Source of the DNA: Takakia lepidozioides
Taxonomy: Eukaryota; Plantae; Bryophyta
Reading direction: 5' to 3'
Length of the DNA: 64,000 nt
Assembly: GCA_030704615.1 (NCBI GenBank)
Contig: CM060732.1
Coordinates: forward strand, 48,298,001-48,362,000
In this document: one piece after another, positions 48,720 to 60,900 of the stretch
How the letters are laid out: every line of letters begins with the position of its first letter
How positions within the stretch are numbered: the first letter of the stretch is position 1
Made by a program: the position numbers and the translations under genes
The notes under the pieces: model-generated
The model's database searches: none
What the model was told of the DNA's origin: nothing
What the model saw: the letters and a program-made list of their open reading frames with translations, nothing else

Positions 48720-49830
48720 TTGCCATAGCCTTGCGGCCATAGACCCACGCCCAGTTTGGGCAGAACAAGAGGGAACAGACATTACCTTTGTGAGGGGCTC
48801 ACTCCAGTAGTTGGAGCTACCTAGGTATAAACAATTGGTTGAGGCTGTCCCAATTTCCTTCGGAAATCCCTTCAGACAAGCATCAATCTGCTGTGTCTGA
48901 GCTGCCCAGCAATTAGATTCCAATCCAATAGGACCAGGGCCTTAGGCTCAGCCTCGATGCTTTGGAAGTTGGTGAGCAGAGGTGCAGGGACTATGTTCTT
49001 GACGGTCCTGAAGAGGGTGGCTCTCTGATGAGAATACCCCAGACACTGTTTCAGAAAATGGGTATTGTCTTCAGCGCGCCCACACATCGGGCGTTGACAA
49101 TCTCCCTTTCCTCTTTGCATGTGTTATTTGTTCAAGAATTGACCCCCCGCCCTGAGGTTAAATTTTAGTTTAATGCTAAGGGTAGGTAGGCCTTTCAGCG
49201 TAAGGTCCTCACCCATGTCACAAACTGGAAACAAGTTCAGGGACGTTTATGCCTAACTTCGTTTTGTTCAGACATTATTCATGCTTCCGACGTGGCTTTA
49301 GACACGTCAGCCTCCAAATCAGCTTCATCCAGCAGGGTCAGTTCTTCCTGCCCAATCTTCAGGTACTTGAAACATCTCCTCTACCTTTTTCTGCCAGGAC
49401 TTAGCCTGTTTAACAGGACAGTCTTGCTTCCAAGAAATAGAGTCTGTCATCTTAGGGTATCTGGTATTAGGCCCTGAGCCCACCATCTGACCTTGAACTA
49501 ACTCATCACGTCGAGAGCTCAAGGGTGGTGCGCCAAACTCACCTTGAACAGCCGCGTTAGCTGTTGTAGAGCACGCTGACATGCTCTCTTTGAGCACTGA
49601 AAGCTGAATGGATTTTTAACCAGTTCTGTGTATGTTCATCACAGTTACAACTGGAGGAAAACTCCACACCAAGATATGTGCTGGAAGGGAGCACGTGGTG
49701 GTGGCGTTCAATGATCGTGGGCAGGGAGGAGGGGATCTCAAATGGACATGGGGCAGTGAAGAGATCCATTTATTAACATTGGCTTTTAGCCTCCACCGGC
49801 GAAAGTGCCTCTTCACACAATCGATGAGCT
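48720..49830 (-). mobile_element. Degenerate 5'-truncated non-LTR retrotransposon (RTE/CR1-like RT C-terminus)
   Basis: Fragments RRWRLKANVNK, YLGVEFS, AVQGEFGAPPLSSRRD and C..CGRAEDNTHFLKQC occur in broken frames. Confidence 0.7.
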
Positions 49831-50056
49831 CCTGAAGATTGGATTGGGTATCTCCTAGGCCTGCGAATCATAGTCAATGTCCAGAAGTCCGATTTCTTAA
49901 CATCGACCAAAGTGTAGCTCAAGGTTTTAGTCTCTCCCCACTTCTCTTCAATTCTAGTGTAAGAGTTGGTAATTGAGCTATGATGGATGAACACGATCAA
50001 CTCTTTAACATCTCTTTGTTGGACATGGAACTGGCTGCAGGGGTGACACCTGCACA

Positions 50057-52306
50057 ATGACCACCACTTTCAGTGGACCAAGTGAGGTGGTAATATACAA
50101 CTCTCATGGCAATTGTGGGGACATGAGGACACTATATAGGTCAGAACGATTGAAAGAAACACTGCAAATTTTGAACCAACGAGGCATTTGGGCTGACTTC
50201 AATACATATGTCTGTGTCCTGAATGAGTGCATCAGGTTAAAACGCCTAGCAGAGGGAAAGCATGTCCATGCCCATCTTATCCGAAGTGGATTCAAGCCAA
50301 ACATCTTTCTACTCAATACCCTTGCCAACATGTATGCCAAGTGTGGAAGCATGGTGGATGCACACCAAGTGTTTGACAAAATGGCTGAACGAGACATGTG
50401 TACGTGGAATATATTGATAGCAGGGTATGCCAAGCATGGGTGTGGCAAAGAGGCTGTCAAGATGTATGAGCAAATGCAACGGGAAGGAGTGACGCCCAAC
50501 AGGGTCACATTCATCTGCGTTCTCAATGCATGTGCTAGCATAGGAGCCCTGGGAAAGGGCCAAGAGGTTCATGCTGACATTGTCAGAGCTGGAATTGCAG
50601 CATATGGTGATTTGGGTACTGCCCTTATTGACATGTATGCCAAATGTGGGAGCATGGAGCATGCACATCAAGTGTTTGACAATATGGCTAGACGAAATGT
50701 GGTTGCATGGAGTGTGATGATCGCAGGATATGCTCAGCATAGGTGTGGTAGGGAGGCTTTCCAGATCTATGAGCAAATGATACGGGAAGGGGTGGCACCA
50801 AACAGGGTCACATTCACTTGCATTCTCAATGCGTGTGCCAGCTTAGCAGCCCTGGAAAAGGGCAAAGAGGTCCACGCTGACATCATGAAAGCTGGAATCA
50901 CTTCAGATCACCTTATGGAAACTGCCCTTGTCAATATGTATGCCAAATGTGGGAGCATGAAGGAAGCATGTCAAGTTTTCAACAATATGACTAAACAAAA
51001 TGTTGTATCGTTTAATGCTATGATTGCTGGATATGCTCAGCATGGGTTTGGTAGGAAGGCTTTCAAGATCTATGAGCAAATGTATCAGCGAGGGGTGACA
51101 CCCAGCACTGCCTCATTCATTTCTGTTCTCAATGCATGTGCCAGCATAGGATCTGTGGAAAAGGGCAAAGAGGTCCATGATAACATCATCAAAGCTGGAA
51201 TTACGCCAGATATCATTCTGGAGACTGCCCTTTTAAACATGTATGCTAAATGTGGGAGCATGAAGGATGCACAACAAGTATTTGACAGTATGGCCAAACA
51301 CGACGTGGTCTCATGGAGTGCCATGATTGCAGGATATGCTCACCATGGATGTGGTAAGGAGGCTTTCAAGATCTATGAGCAAATGCAACAGGAAGGAGTG
51401 CCACCCAACAGGGTCACGTTCATTTGCATTCTCAATGCATGTGCCAGCCTAGGAGTCCTGGAAAGGGGGAAAGAGGTCCATGCCGACATTATCAAATTTA
51501 GGATCGGTTCATACGTAAATTTGGATAATGCCCTTGTTAACATGTATGCAAAATGCGGGACCATGAAGGATGCACGCAAAGTGTTTGACAATATGACTAC
51601 ACAAAATTTGGTCTCATGGAGCGCAATGATTGCAGGATATGCTCAGCATGGGTTTGGTAGGGAGGCTTTCCAGCTCTATGAGGAGATGATACAAGAGGGG
51701 CTGTCACCCAACAAAGTCACATTCATTTCCATTCTCAATGCATGTGCCAGCCTAGCAGCCCTGGAAAAGGGCAGACTGGTCCATTCTAACATCAGCAGAA
51801 GTGGAATAATGTTAGATACCATTCTGGAGAGTACCCTTGTTGACATGTACGCTAAATGCGGCAGCATAAAGGATGCACGTCAAGTGTTCGACACTATGGC
51901 CCAGCGAAATGTGGTCTCATGGAATGCTGTGATTGCAGGATATGCTCAGCATGGGTTTGGTAGGGAGGCCCTTCAACTGTTTGAACAAATGCAACAGGAA
52001 GGCTTAAAGCCAGATGGTATCACATTCATATGTCTTCTCTCTGCATGTAGCCATGCGGGCCTAGTCAATGAAGGCCGTCACTATTTTGATTCCTTGAGTC
52101 AAAACCATGGCCTTACTCCTACAGTGGATCATTTTGGCTGCATGGTGGACCTCCTTGGCCGAGGAGGACAGTTGGATGAGGCAGAAGACTTCATGAACAA
52201 ATTGCCAATACAACCAGATGCTGCACCGTGGGGGGCTCTGCTTGGTGCTGCAGGCATTCACGGCAATGTGGAGCTAGCTGAACGTGCATCCAGATGCCTT
52301 CTCTAG
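50057..52306 (+). CDS. PLS-class PPR protein (749 aa), E1 present, E2 decayed after a premature stop
   Basis: Uninterrupted ORF of P-L-S triplets, then P2-L2-S2 (SACSHAGLVNEG, HFGCMVDLLGRGG) and E1 (WGALLGAAGIHGNVELAE). A TAG is followed by remnant LDP..AAGRWDDMAKVRK. No DYW domain is seen. Confidence 0.92.
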   Translation: MTTTFSGPSEVVIYNSHGNCGDMRTLYRSERLKETLQILNQRGIWADFNTYVCVLNECIRLKRLAEGKHVHAHLIRSGFKPNIFLLNTLANMYAKCGSMVDAHQVFDKMAERDMCTWNILIAGYAKHGCGKEAVKMYEQMQREGVTPNRVTFICVLNACASIGALGKGQEVHADIVRAGIAAYGDLGTALIDMYAKCGSMEHAHQVFDNMARRNVVAWSVMIAGYAQHRCGREAFQIYEQMIREGVAPNRVTFTCILNACASLAALEKGKEVHADIMKAGITSDHLMETALVNMYAKCGSMKEACQVFNNMTKQNVVSFNAMIAGYAQHGFGRKAFKIYEQMYQRGVTPSTASFISVLNACASIGSVEKGKEVHDNIIKAGITPDIILETALLNMYAKCGSMKDAQQVFDSMAKHDVVSWSAMIAGYAHHGCGKEAFKIYEQMQQEGVPPNRVTFICILNACASLGVLERGKEVHADIIKFRIGSYVNLDNALVNMYAKCGTMKDARKVFDNMTTQNLVSWSAMIAGYAQHGFGREAFQLYEEMIQEGLSPNKVTFISILNACASLAALEKGRLVHSNISRSGIMLDTILESTLVDMYAKCGSIKDARQVFDTMAQRNVVSWNAVIAGYAQHGFGREALQLFEQMQQEGLKPDGITFICLLSACSHAGLVNEGRHYFDSLSQNHGLTPTVDHFGCMVDLLGRGGQLDEAEDFMNKLPIQPDAAPWGALLGAAGIHGNVELAERASRCLL

Positions 52307-52920
52307 TTGGATCCACACAGCATGCTGCACCACATGTGCTGCGGCTGGCAGGTGGGATGATATGGCAAAGGTGAGAAAGGGTTGAGGTGTAACAGAGGAG
52401 CTGCAGCTGCAGCTGCGTTGAGGTGGTCATTGTGGTGCATCAATCCATTGTAAAACATAAATGGATGGGAGTGCCTGGTAAACAAAGCAGAAAAGAGGAA
52501 GAGGTAGGTCTCCAGTCTCGTCATGGTGAAGAGGGGTCTAGACTCTAGACGTGTGTGGAGGCTGTCTCTAGATTTGAGGGAGGATTGTTTTGGTATTATA
52601 TAGTTTTTGTGTAAAACTGTGCTTTTATTGAGGCTTTCTTAAAATAAATAAATAAATAAAAAGAATGAGGATGGGTCTCCGGAGAGACCCCCAACGGTCT
52701 CTTCGTCTCTCACGATTTCTCCTTCCCTTTCACGTTTTACAGACTAGATCCTTAGCTTCATGGTTTTCACCATATGTGAAACATTCTCCACGATTCAAGC
52801 TACATTTCAATAGGTTATTCTCATATGTTCAATGCTATTTTCTCATGACAACATCATCTTTTCATGATTTCTATCTTTTCTGTGAAATCTTCATCCTTCA
52901 TCCTTTAATCCCAGTTAGGA

Positions 52921-53000
52921 ATGACGGCTAATGAATAGTCTGGCCAGCTAGTTTGATGCCATGACGGCTAATGAATAGTCTGGCTAGCTAGTTTGCTGCC
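52921..53000 (+). repeat. 40-bp tandem duplication
   Basis: atgacggctaatgaatagtctggccagctagtttgatgcc occurs twice with two mismatches. Confidence 0.9.
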
Positions 53001-53349
53001 ACTTTTACCTCATGGTTTTCTGACATTAGTCCCCACTCTCTTCCTCTCTCCCTCTCTTTCCTTTCTCAGCTAAATTCTCTGCATACTCGTTCCTCGCCTC
53101 CTTGCGCTTTCGTTTTGCGTTCTTCTCTTTTGTTTGCTGGTGTTTTGCTTTCAGTATGATCATTTCCTTTCCTCTGCATTATGGGTCCCAGCAGATATGT
53201 CGCTCCTAGATCGAAGGGTAGTGCAGGGATTCGTCACCCCTTCGTCCCTACGCAGATGCAGCACAGGAGCTTCGCTCCCTCATCGGGTACATGGTTCTTT
53301 CTGGCTCATCAAGCGCTATCGAGGTATGCTGGAGGGGCTGAAGTAATGA

Positions 53350-56300
53350 GACACCCATCCCCCAGGCCTTCATCCTCTTATGTTGACACTTCATCCCCTC
53401 CTCTGCCCCTTCTAAAAATGCCGAGGCTAGATCCTGCATTGTTTGGAGGCCCTCCCCCATCTCCACCAACCGAAGATTGCGTTGAGGAGACAGCTAGCAA
53501 ATAGGTAGCTATGAACAAGGACTTCCCACTGGCGGACATTAACCTTCCAGAGCTATACAAGAGGGTGGAAAAAATGGAAGAGCACGGTATTTTACTGCAT
53601 TTTCCAGGCAAGAAGGTGGACAGAGCACACGTCAAGGACTGGGCGACAAGATACCTGGGAGGTACATGAGAGATTAAGCAACAATTTTGCCACTCCAAAG
53701 GGCGGGGGTTTCTACTCCATCGTATTTGAAATAGAACAGGCAGCAGCTCAAGCACTCAGATTCAACCCCCATACAAAGGGATTTAATGTTAATATCTTCC
53801 CATGGAATTTCAACTTGGGCAATAGGAATGGGAAACTCTGGGGACCAAGAATAGTTTCACTCCCATTTATCCCTGACCGATACCTTGTTAACCTGCCAGA
53901 CATTGCCAAGCTCTTTGGGTTCTATCTAGGCTGTTTAGTAGTATTTGACCCACAGATGGACATAGAATACCTGGGGCAAGATCCGGTGTGGAAAAGAGTG
54001 ACCATAGCATCCAGGCTTTATGAGACAGGCTCTGCAAAAATGGTCATTACTATGCCAAATGAAGACATCCTCCCAGAATATGTCAGACTCCTTATAGACA
54101 ACAAACGGAACTACTACACTATTCGCCTCATTGAAGACTGCTCCTCATCAGCGTGCTTCAACTATGGACAAATGGGGCATATTAAGGTTAATTGCCCTAC
54201 AGGAAAGAGGAAACGCTCGCCCATCATACGTCCCAGATCCACCAACTCTGTGTCTTCTCCACACGGCAGCACTGCTCCTGTTCAAGACCACCTCAACAAC
54301 AGAGCCCAGCTTCCAAGACAGCATTCTCAAGTTCAGCAACCAGCTGCTACCCCTGCTGATCACCTGCAGTTCATTCAAAAATATATATATTCAAAACCCC
54401 ATGGAAACGGCATGGATCCTATGTATCTGGAAGCAGGCACAAGCACCCACAATCACACGAAGGGGCACAAGGACAAAGGCAAAACCAAAGTGCAGAATCG
54501 ATCACCTCCTTCTACCCCCAAAGGCCATCCTTCAATGATGGTGCAATCACCCAAAATTCTTACCAGAATCGCCAATAATCCGACCTTTGCAAAGATCTGT
54601 CTTAAACAAACCTCCTTTCCAAGGTTGGATTTAAAAGGCTGTTCGGCCCTGCAAACCTCTGGCGAGCCATCTGCAGTATGTATCACTCCAATCATCTTCA
54701 GGCAAGGGAACTCTCCATCAATTCTCATCACCTCGGATGACTGGGAATGTGTTGAATCACTATGGATTACCACGGAAGATGTAAGACAATTCATGAGACT
54801 TGTCCACCCATGCCCTGATTCTATGATCTAAAACAAAATCCAAGAGTTCTTCAGGGCCTACCAGCCACACTACCTTTTGACAGAAACCACCAAAATCTAT
54901 TAGGGGGCATACCTAGAAGAGCATCCAGGGCTAAGCTGTAAGCCATCTACTCATGTGCTGGCTATGTTGGAGGAGGCGGACATCTATCATCTTGACCCTC
55001 CCATGGGTGATCTATGGGTTCATGAACTCGGTCTTGACACTCCATGCGGAGGTCACAAACTCCAAATCAGAAATCAGGATACCCTAATCAATGCATTCCA
55101 GATTCTAGGGGCAATAATCGAAGCAAAGATTAACGATGACACACGTAGAATGGAACTTCAGAGAACGAGGGACCATCTGGTAGGTGTCAAACCACCATCA
55201 TCGGGATCTTCCTCGGATGAAAAACCTCTCGCAGACCTTCAGGCTCAACACATACAAGATGAAGCCCTGGCTGCCACAAGGAGTGAGCTGCATATCTCCC
55301 CTCAACTCAGCAACAACTTCAACAACACTATGCCTCAAGTAGGACACGATACCCCTCTCGGCGTCACTTAGTCAACAAACCCACAAATCCAGGTTCTCCC
55401 CTGCACCTCACCATGCATTTTATTCCAAGTACTCTCTTCTGATCCTTGCAAATGTTGGTTATTATGTCTGAAAAAACCACATTCTGCAAGAAAATCGGCT
55501 CGACAGACTCTCCCGTCCGTCATTGTTCCTTCAGATCTTCAAGTTGGTCCAGTCATGTCGTTACCAGACTCTCCAGAACCACATCCTCTGCTCACCTCCA
55601 TCCTCAAAAGTACCTTTTATCCGGAACAGGCTACTATTATCTCCCTGTCAATTGACCCTGTTTCAAGTGACCAATTCTCTCATGTCAATACTCCCCTCAC
55701 TCAAGAGGCCAAACAAAACCTTTCTACGTTGTTTGTGGAAATTAAGAGGACAAACCGCAAAGCCCCAGCCAATTATTCCTGGGTCAAATCTCTCCATCCC
55801 AAAGATCGTCATGTTAAGTTCTACTTTGATCCTCCAAGGCCATCAATTGGGGCTCCCAGCCCCAGCCTTCAAAGCCTGACAGATGTTAATTGACCTTCAT
55901 TCATGGAATATCAGAGGGCTGGGAATGGACCCAGCTGCTCTCAAGAGAGTCAAGATTAAATATTGGCTCAATCAATTCCTGCAGAAAGACTCAATAGTCT
56001 TTCTACAAGAACACAAATTGAACCAACCAAAAATAAATCTACTTACGGATCACATGTGGCCAAGGGCCAATGCCCTTTGGAAAACAACCTCTCAGGGCAG
56101 CCGAGGTGGCACCTCCATCCTTCTTTCGCCCTCCCTGCAACCTTTGCTCGCAGCTGAAGAATCCTGGATCCCTGGACGTCTCCAATTCTGTGCTCTAAAG
56201 CTCCCAAACAACACAGGCACGTTGGGTCTGGTTAACATTTATGCGCCAAATATTTCTTTTGACAGGAGCCAATTTTGGTCCAGTCTCTCGGACAAAATGT

Positions 56301-57195
56301 CAGCTCAGCCCAACATTGACAGTTGGATCATCTGGGGGACTTTAACATGGTAGAATCTCCACAGGATAGAAGAGGTGAGAATGGGCCTAATTCAAACATA
56401 GAGGACGTGGATCACTGGCTGCAATGCACCCAAATCCACAACCTAGTGGAGGCAGCCCCCTCTTTAGCAGGTGGACACTGACCTCTCTTTCACTTGGACA
56501 AATAACAGAGCCCTTGAACACTTGCAGATGGCCCGATTGGACAGAGCCTATATCTCGTTTAACTTGGTTCAATGGACCAAACGACAACAACAAGAACCAA
56601 TACCCTAGGGATTTGATCATGCTCCAATTTCGGCTGTCATTCGCATCCCAGATACTTAGCAAAGAGGGAGAGGGCTGTTCAAACTAAACAGCCTCATGCT
56701 CAACTTACCTAAGTTCAAAAAAGTTCTCCTCCTCGCTTGGCAACAAGCAGGAAATGCATCTCAGAACCCAGCGGAACGCTTCCTGGATAAAATCAAAGCG
56801 GTGAACATACAAAGCCAGAGGATGAGCCAAACCCTAGCAGCCATAAGAAAACGCAAAGTGTATGCTCTCACAAAATGCCTTAAAGTCTGCCAACTGAGGC
56901 TAGAGTCACCTCGTTGTGATGAGCACACCTACCTCACATACCTGGAAGCAAGGAAAAACCTGGAAGTACATCACAACTTGAACAAAAAAAAACTCAAGTT
57001 ACAAGCAGGGGTGAACTGGTCCACCAAGGGAGAGAAAATGAGCAAATATTTCTTTGAAAAAACCAAGCTTCACAGGGCGGTCCAGAACATCACGGAACTG
57101 GCCGATCAAGCTTCAAGGAATTTGGTTTCACACCCCAGGCAACCGGCTAAATTGGTAGCCACTCACTTTGGAAATCTATACCACAACACTCACAT
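53350..57195 (+). mobile_element. Degenerate L1-clade LINE (ORF1 plus ORF2 endonuclease), interrupted before RT
   Basis: ORF1-like region with zinc-knuckle remnant ACFNYGQMGHIKVNCP. APE endonuclease motifs SWNIRGLG, FLQEHKL, VNIYAPN, GDFN, ARLDR and DHAPI (55883-56690), then W..KGEKMSKYFF. Homology ends at ~57195. Confidence 0.88.
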
Positions 57196-57548
57196 TAGCC
57201 TGGAGCCCAGGGATGCCTCGGCATGAGCCTGGTCACGTGAGCGCGTGAGCGCAACTGCGCTCACGCCACGTCACCTTGCGCCAATGCCTCATCACGGGGC
57301 TCACTCCACGTCATCACACTTGAAGGCCGCGTCACCACGCGCCCAGGAAGAAGTGGAGTGTATTCCCGCGGATTGGCACCCTTTACCGCGGAAACAAGCT
57401 GGACGACATAATAAAAGGCAGTGGTCATTCCCACCTGAAAGCAACAGATGAATAAAGGATGGATAAATGTACAGTTGGATGATAAACAGATGGATGAGTG
57501 TGAAAAATGAATGTAGATGGATGAATGATGGATGGATAAGAGTCAAAT

Positions 57549-57805
57549 GGATGAATGTATAATGGATGTTGAACAATGGAAAACATTCATGACAGGAAGA
57601 TGCATGACTAAAACTTTAGACGAATGCACAACGTATATGACATGAGTGTGGTAGGTTTGTGGGGTGGATTAAAGAGTACAAAGGATGAATGTACAATGGA
57701 TGTTGAACAAAGGAAAACATTCATGAATGGAGCACGCATGAATACACTGTAGATGAAAGCACAATGGATATGACAAGAGTGAGGGAGGTTTGTGAGATGG
57801 ATTCA
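57549..57805 (+). repeat. GGAT/GAAT-rich ~130-bp tandem duplication
   Basis: ggatgaatgtataatggatgttgaacaatggaaaacattcatga recurs at ~57549 and ~57682. Confidence 0.75.
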
Positions 57806-57932
57806 TACATATTGCAATTTAAATGGTAGTTGATTCTTTGATTATTTTACTTTACAAAGGAACAACTACGGTGGAGGAAGGGGATTCAACGTTTTCCAAA
57901 GAGGATGAAACAGAATATTAAAAGAACATAGT

Positions 57933-60900
57933 TCAGTCTGACTCAGAGTCAGTACAATGTATCCCCGCTTCCTCTGCATCTAAGTCTAAGTATTTAAGAA
58001 CTCCGGATCTACGCTGGCTACACCTACGGCCGGGCAGTAAAAAGTCAGGGGATAGGGACTCGGCCGCGTGAAGTGTCATTGATTCGGCATAATCAGGGAG
58101 CAGAAAATTGGAAAGGGGGCTGTCGAAAACAGACTCGCCACAAATGACTGTATCTCCTGAAGATCCACCGCTGCCTTTCCTGAAAGACAGCCTGAAAAAG
58201 TTATTACTGTAACTTTGATGTTATTGAGAAATTGAGTATGACTCCCAAAGTAGGTTTAGCACTTACTCACATGAAAAGTCGTTGTCGACCTGCTTATCTT
58301 CGGGATCGTCATCATTTTGAATTTGAATCCGATCAGTCTGTGTGCCTGAAGTGGAGCCAAACAAAAGGGGGAGGAGCACTGTGTTGTAGAGGTCAGAATC
58401 ACTCTCCATGCCAAAAAGGCTTCTTCCGCCTGCCTTGCATGCATGGTAAGTTGCTCCTGCACTAGACATGAGGACATGAACAGTTTGGTGGGGGGGATTT
58501 AAGCAAATGGAACTGGTGAAAGAAAATCAATTCGGAAGGGAGAGAACGAACCTGTGGACACAGAAAGATCGACCACCCGTGCAGAGTGGTGGCTGCATGA
58601 CTCCAGCAGTATTTGCATGAACGCTGGGGATTTTTCCTTTGCACCTCTCCAGGGAGTGCCATCTGGTCTCTTCAGAGTCTGACTGGACTGCATGAAGTTG
58701 TGCAAAATGTCATCTACATGCGGCTCATAGGGGGGGTTGACGAAACAACCCTGGTCAGAAATCTCAAAGCTACGGATGGAGGATGGTGTCTTTGAGGTGC
58801 GAATCCTCCGCGGGCAAATCGCCTCAAACATCTCGTCTGCCAAAGATAGCAGGTTAGTGTGGTAAACACAATCTATAGTGGAAGTGTGTACATCGGTTAT
58901 TCAGAACTCAGGCATAAAACAATCATTTTTATCACGAATCGGTGACGATCGGTGTCAATCATGACAGATTCTTCTAGAGTGGAGCTGCAGAGAACATTGA
59001 AACTCATCATGAAAGCACAAGCAGAAGGGAGACGACATACCAGTTGACCAGGGAAACCCCCTTTCACAAGATAGAGGTTGTTCACACAATTCCATGTGCG
59101 CAAAACTTCAAACCCTGAAGACTTCAGGTATGATGCCAATGCCCAACGACTATCTTTGTCACATGACTGAAAAAGCAGAAGTTTCCCTGCATCAGAGAGG
59201 AAATTATTACAGAACCCGAACACCCAACTCCAGTAGTTGTCCTCGAATTTGTTCCAGCCTGGCGTCTTGCCATTTGGAAGAACTTCTGGCACAGCCTGGC
59301 CATCCGGGATGTCGAGAATGACAATGTCAGCCGCATATGTTTTCTGCACACCGCGCACGAAGGTGGGACCAGTGCTCACCTGCAACAGACATGTTTATTT
59401 TAAGAACAATGGCAAGAATGTTTTCAAAGAACCAGACTGAAATACTGCCAATAAAACTTTAAGAGAAAAAGAAAAGAAACTGGAATTCTCACCAAATTGA
59501 GGAATGAGATTATGTTGTCCCAGGTAGGCGAAGACACCCCAGTGTATCCTCTCTTTCGACTCTGCATCATCGTCAGCCAACCCTCATTGACAATTTTAAT
59601 CTCTCATGCCGAATCAGAACGGGAAGGGTGTGGCTTGGCATCGAACACGCACTGAACTGTGTGGGTATATCTTCCAGCAGTGAAGTCCTGCCCACTCTCC
59701 TTTTCTTTCTCCTTCCCCTTGTCCTTTTCCTTTTCCTTCTCTTTGGACTTGTCTTTGTCCTTTGGCTTTGCTGGTGAGATGGCTATGACATCAGGAGCAT
59801 TGTCTTTTGGTTTGCGGCCCGCCTTCTTTCCCTTCTGTGGCGTTCCCTGAGCATCAGGCTCCTTGGCAGCCAATGTTGCTATGTTTCTTTGGTACTGCTC
59901 GTCAGTCAGAGGCGCCAGCATCTCAGCATTATTGTTCAAATATTTCATGTGTTGTTCTTGAAAGGTCGTGTGCTCCGGTGGGCAGTCAAGGTACCAGCCA
60001 CAGTCTCTAAAGTGAGAAGGACTCCAGTCCTTCAATATCCCTGCAGTATACATGGTTGGATCGTTTGCTGGGTCCGACCACATGTCAAGATAGTCTGGAA
60101 TACCGCTCAGGTGATTTCCTTCTATAAGCACATATTTCGTGTATCTGTTAAACAGGAGATAAATCCCAACCCACCAAAGCGCGAAGTGAGTAAGATGCAA
60201 GTAGCACAGAATGAAAAAAACAAGGAATGAAATGGCTCTGAGAACTGCTCCAAGGAGCTCTCAGGACCACGCGACAGCTCTGGATGTGAATGTCGTCAAC
60301 GCCATTCAAAACATTCCATTCAATGATACTGCAAATACACCCTAATCCACGTGAATGCAAACTCTCGCTTTGGAATGACACAGACATAGAAGTGAATGTC
60401 GTCAACGTCATTCACTTTGGATTTGTGAATAAACTGCTAATCAAGCCTAATGATTTCTCAAAAGAGGCAAAATCATTGGATGGAAACTGAATGTCGGCAA
60501 CGACATTCAGAAACTTGAGTAAGGAACCCTCCCTAAAAACTCAATGGACATTCAAAACGTACATAACACTGAGGACCTCATAATAACACTGGATGTGAAT
60601 GGCGTCAACGCCATTCACAAAATTCCGAACAAGGAACTAATAAATACACCCTAAGCTCCTAATCCATGTAAATTCAAATTGTCGCTGGTGAATGACACAG
60701 ACATAGAAGTGAATGTCGTCAACAACATTCACTTTGGATCTCTGATAACACAGCTAATCAAGCCTCAAGATTTCTCGCAAGAGGCAAAAGCATTGCAGAA
60801 CAACTGAATGTCTGCATTGACGTTCAGCAAACTGGAGTGAGGAACCCTCGCTGTAAACTCTATGGACATTACAAAAACTTACATATCTCTGAGGACCTCT

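Noticed and set aside
50104-51867. Antisense ORFs in the PPR gene
   Set aside because: These are repetitive shadow frames of PPR codon patterns.
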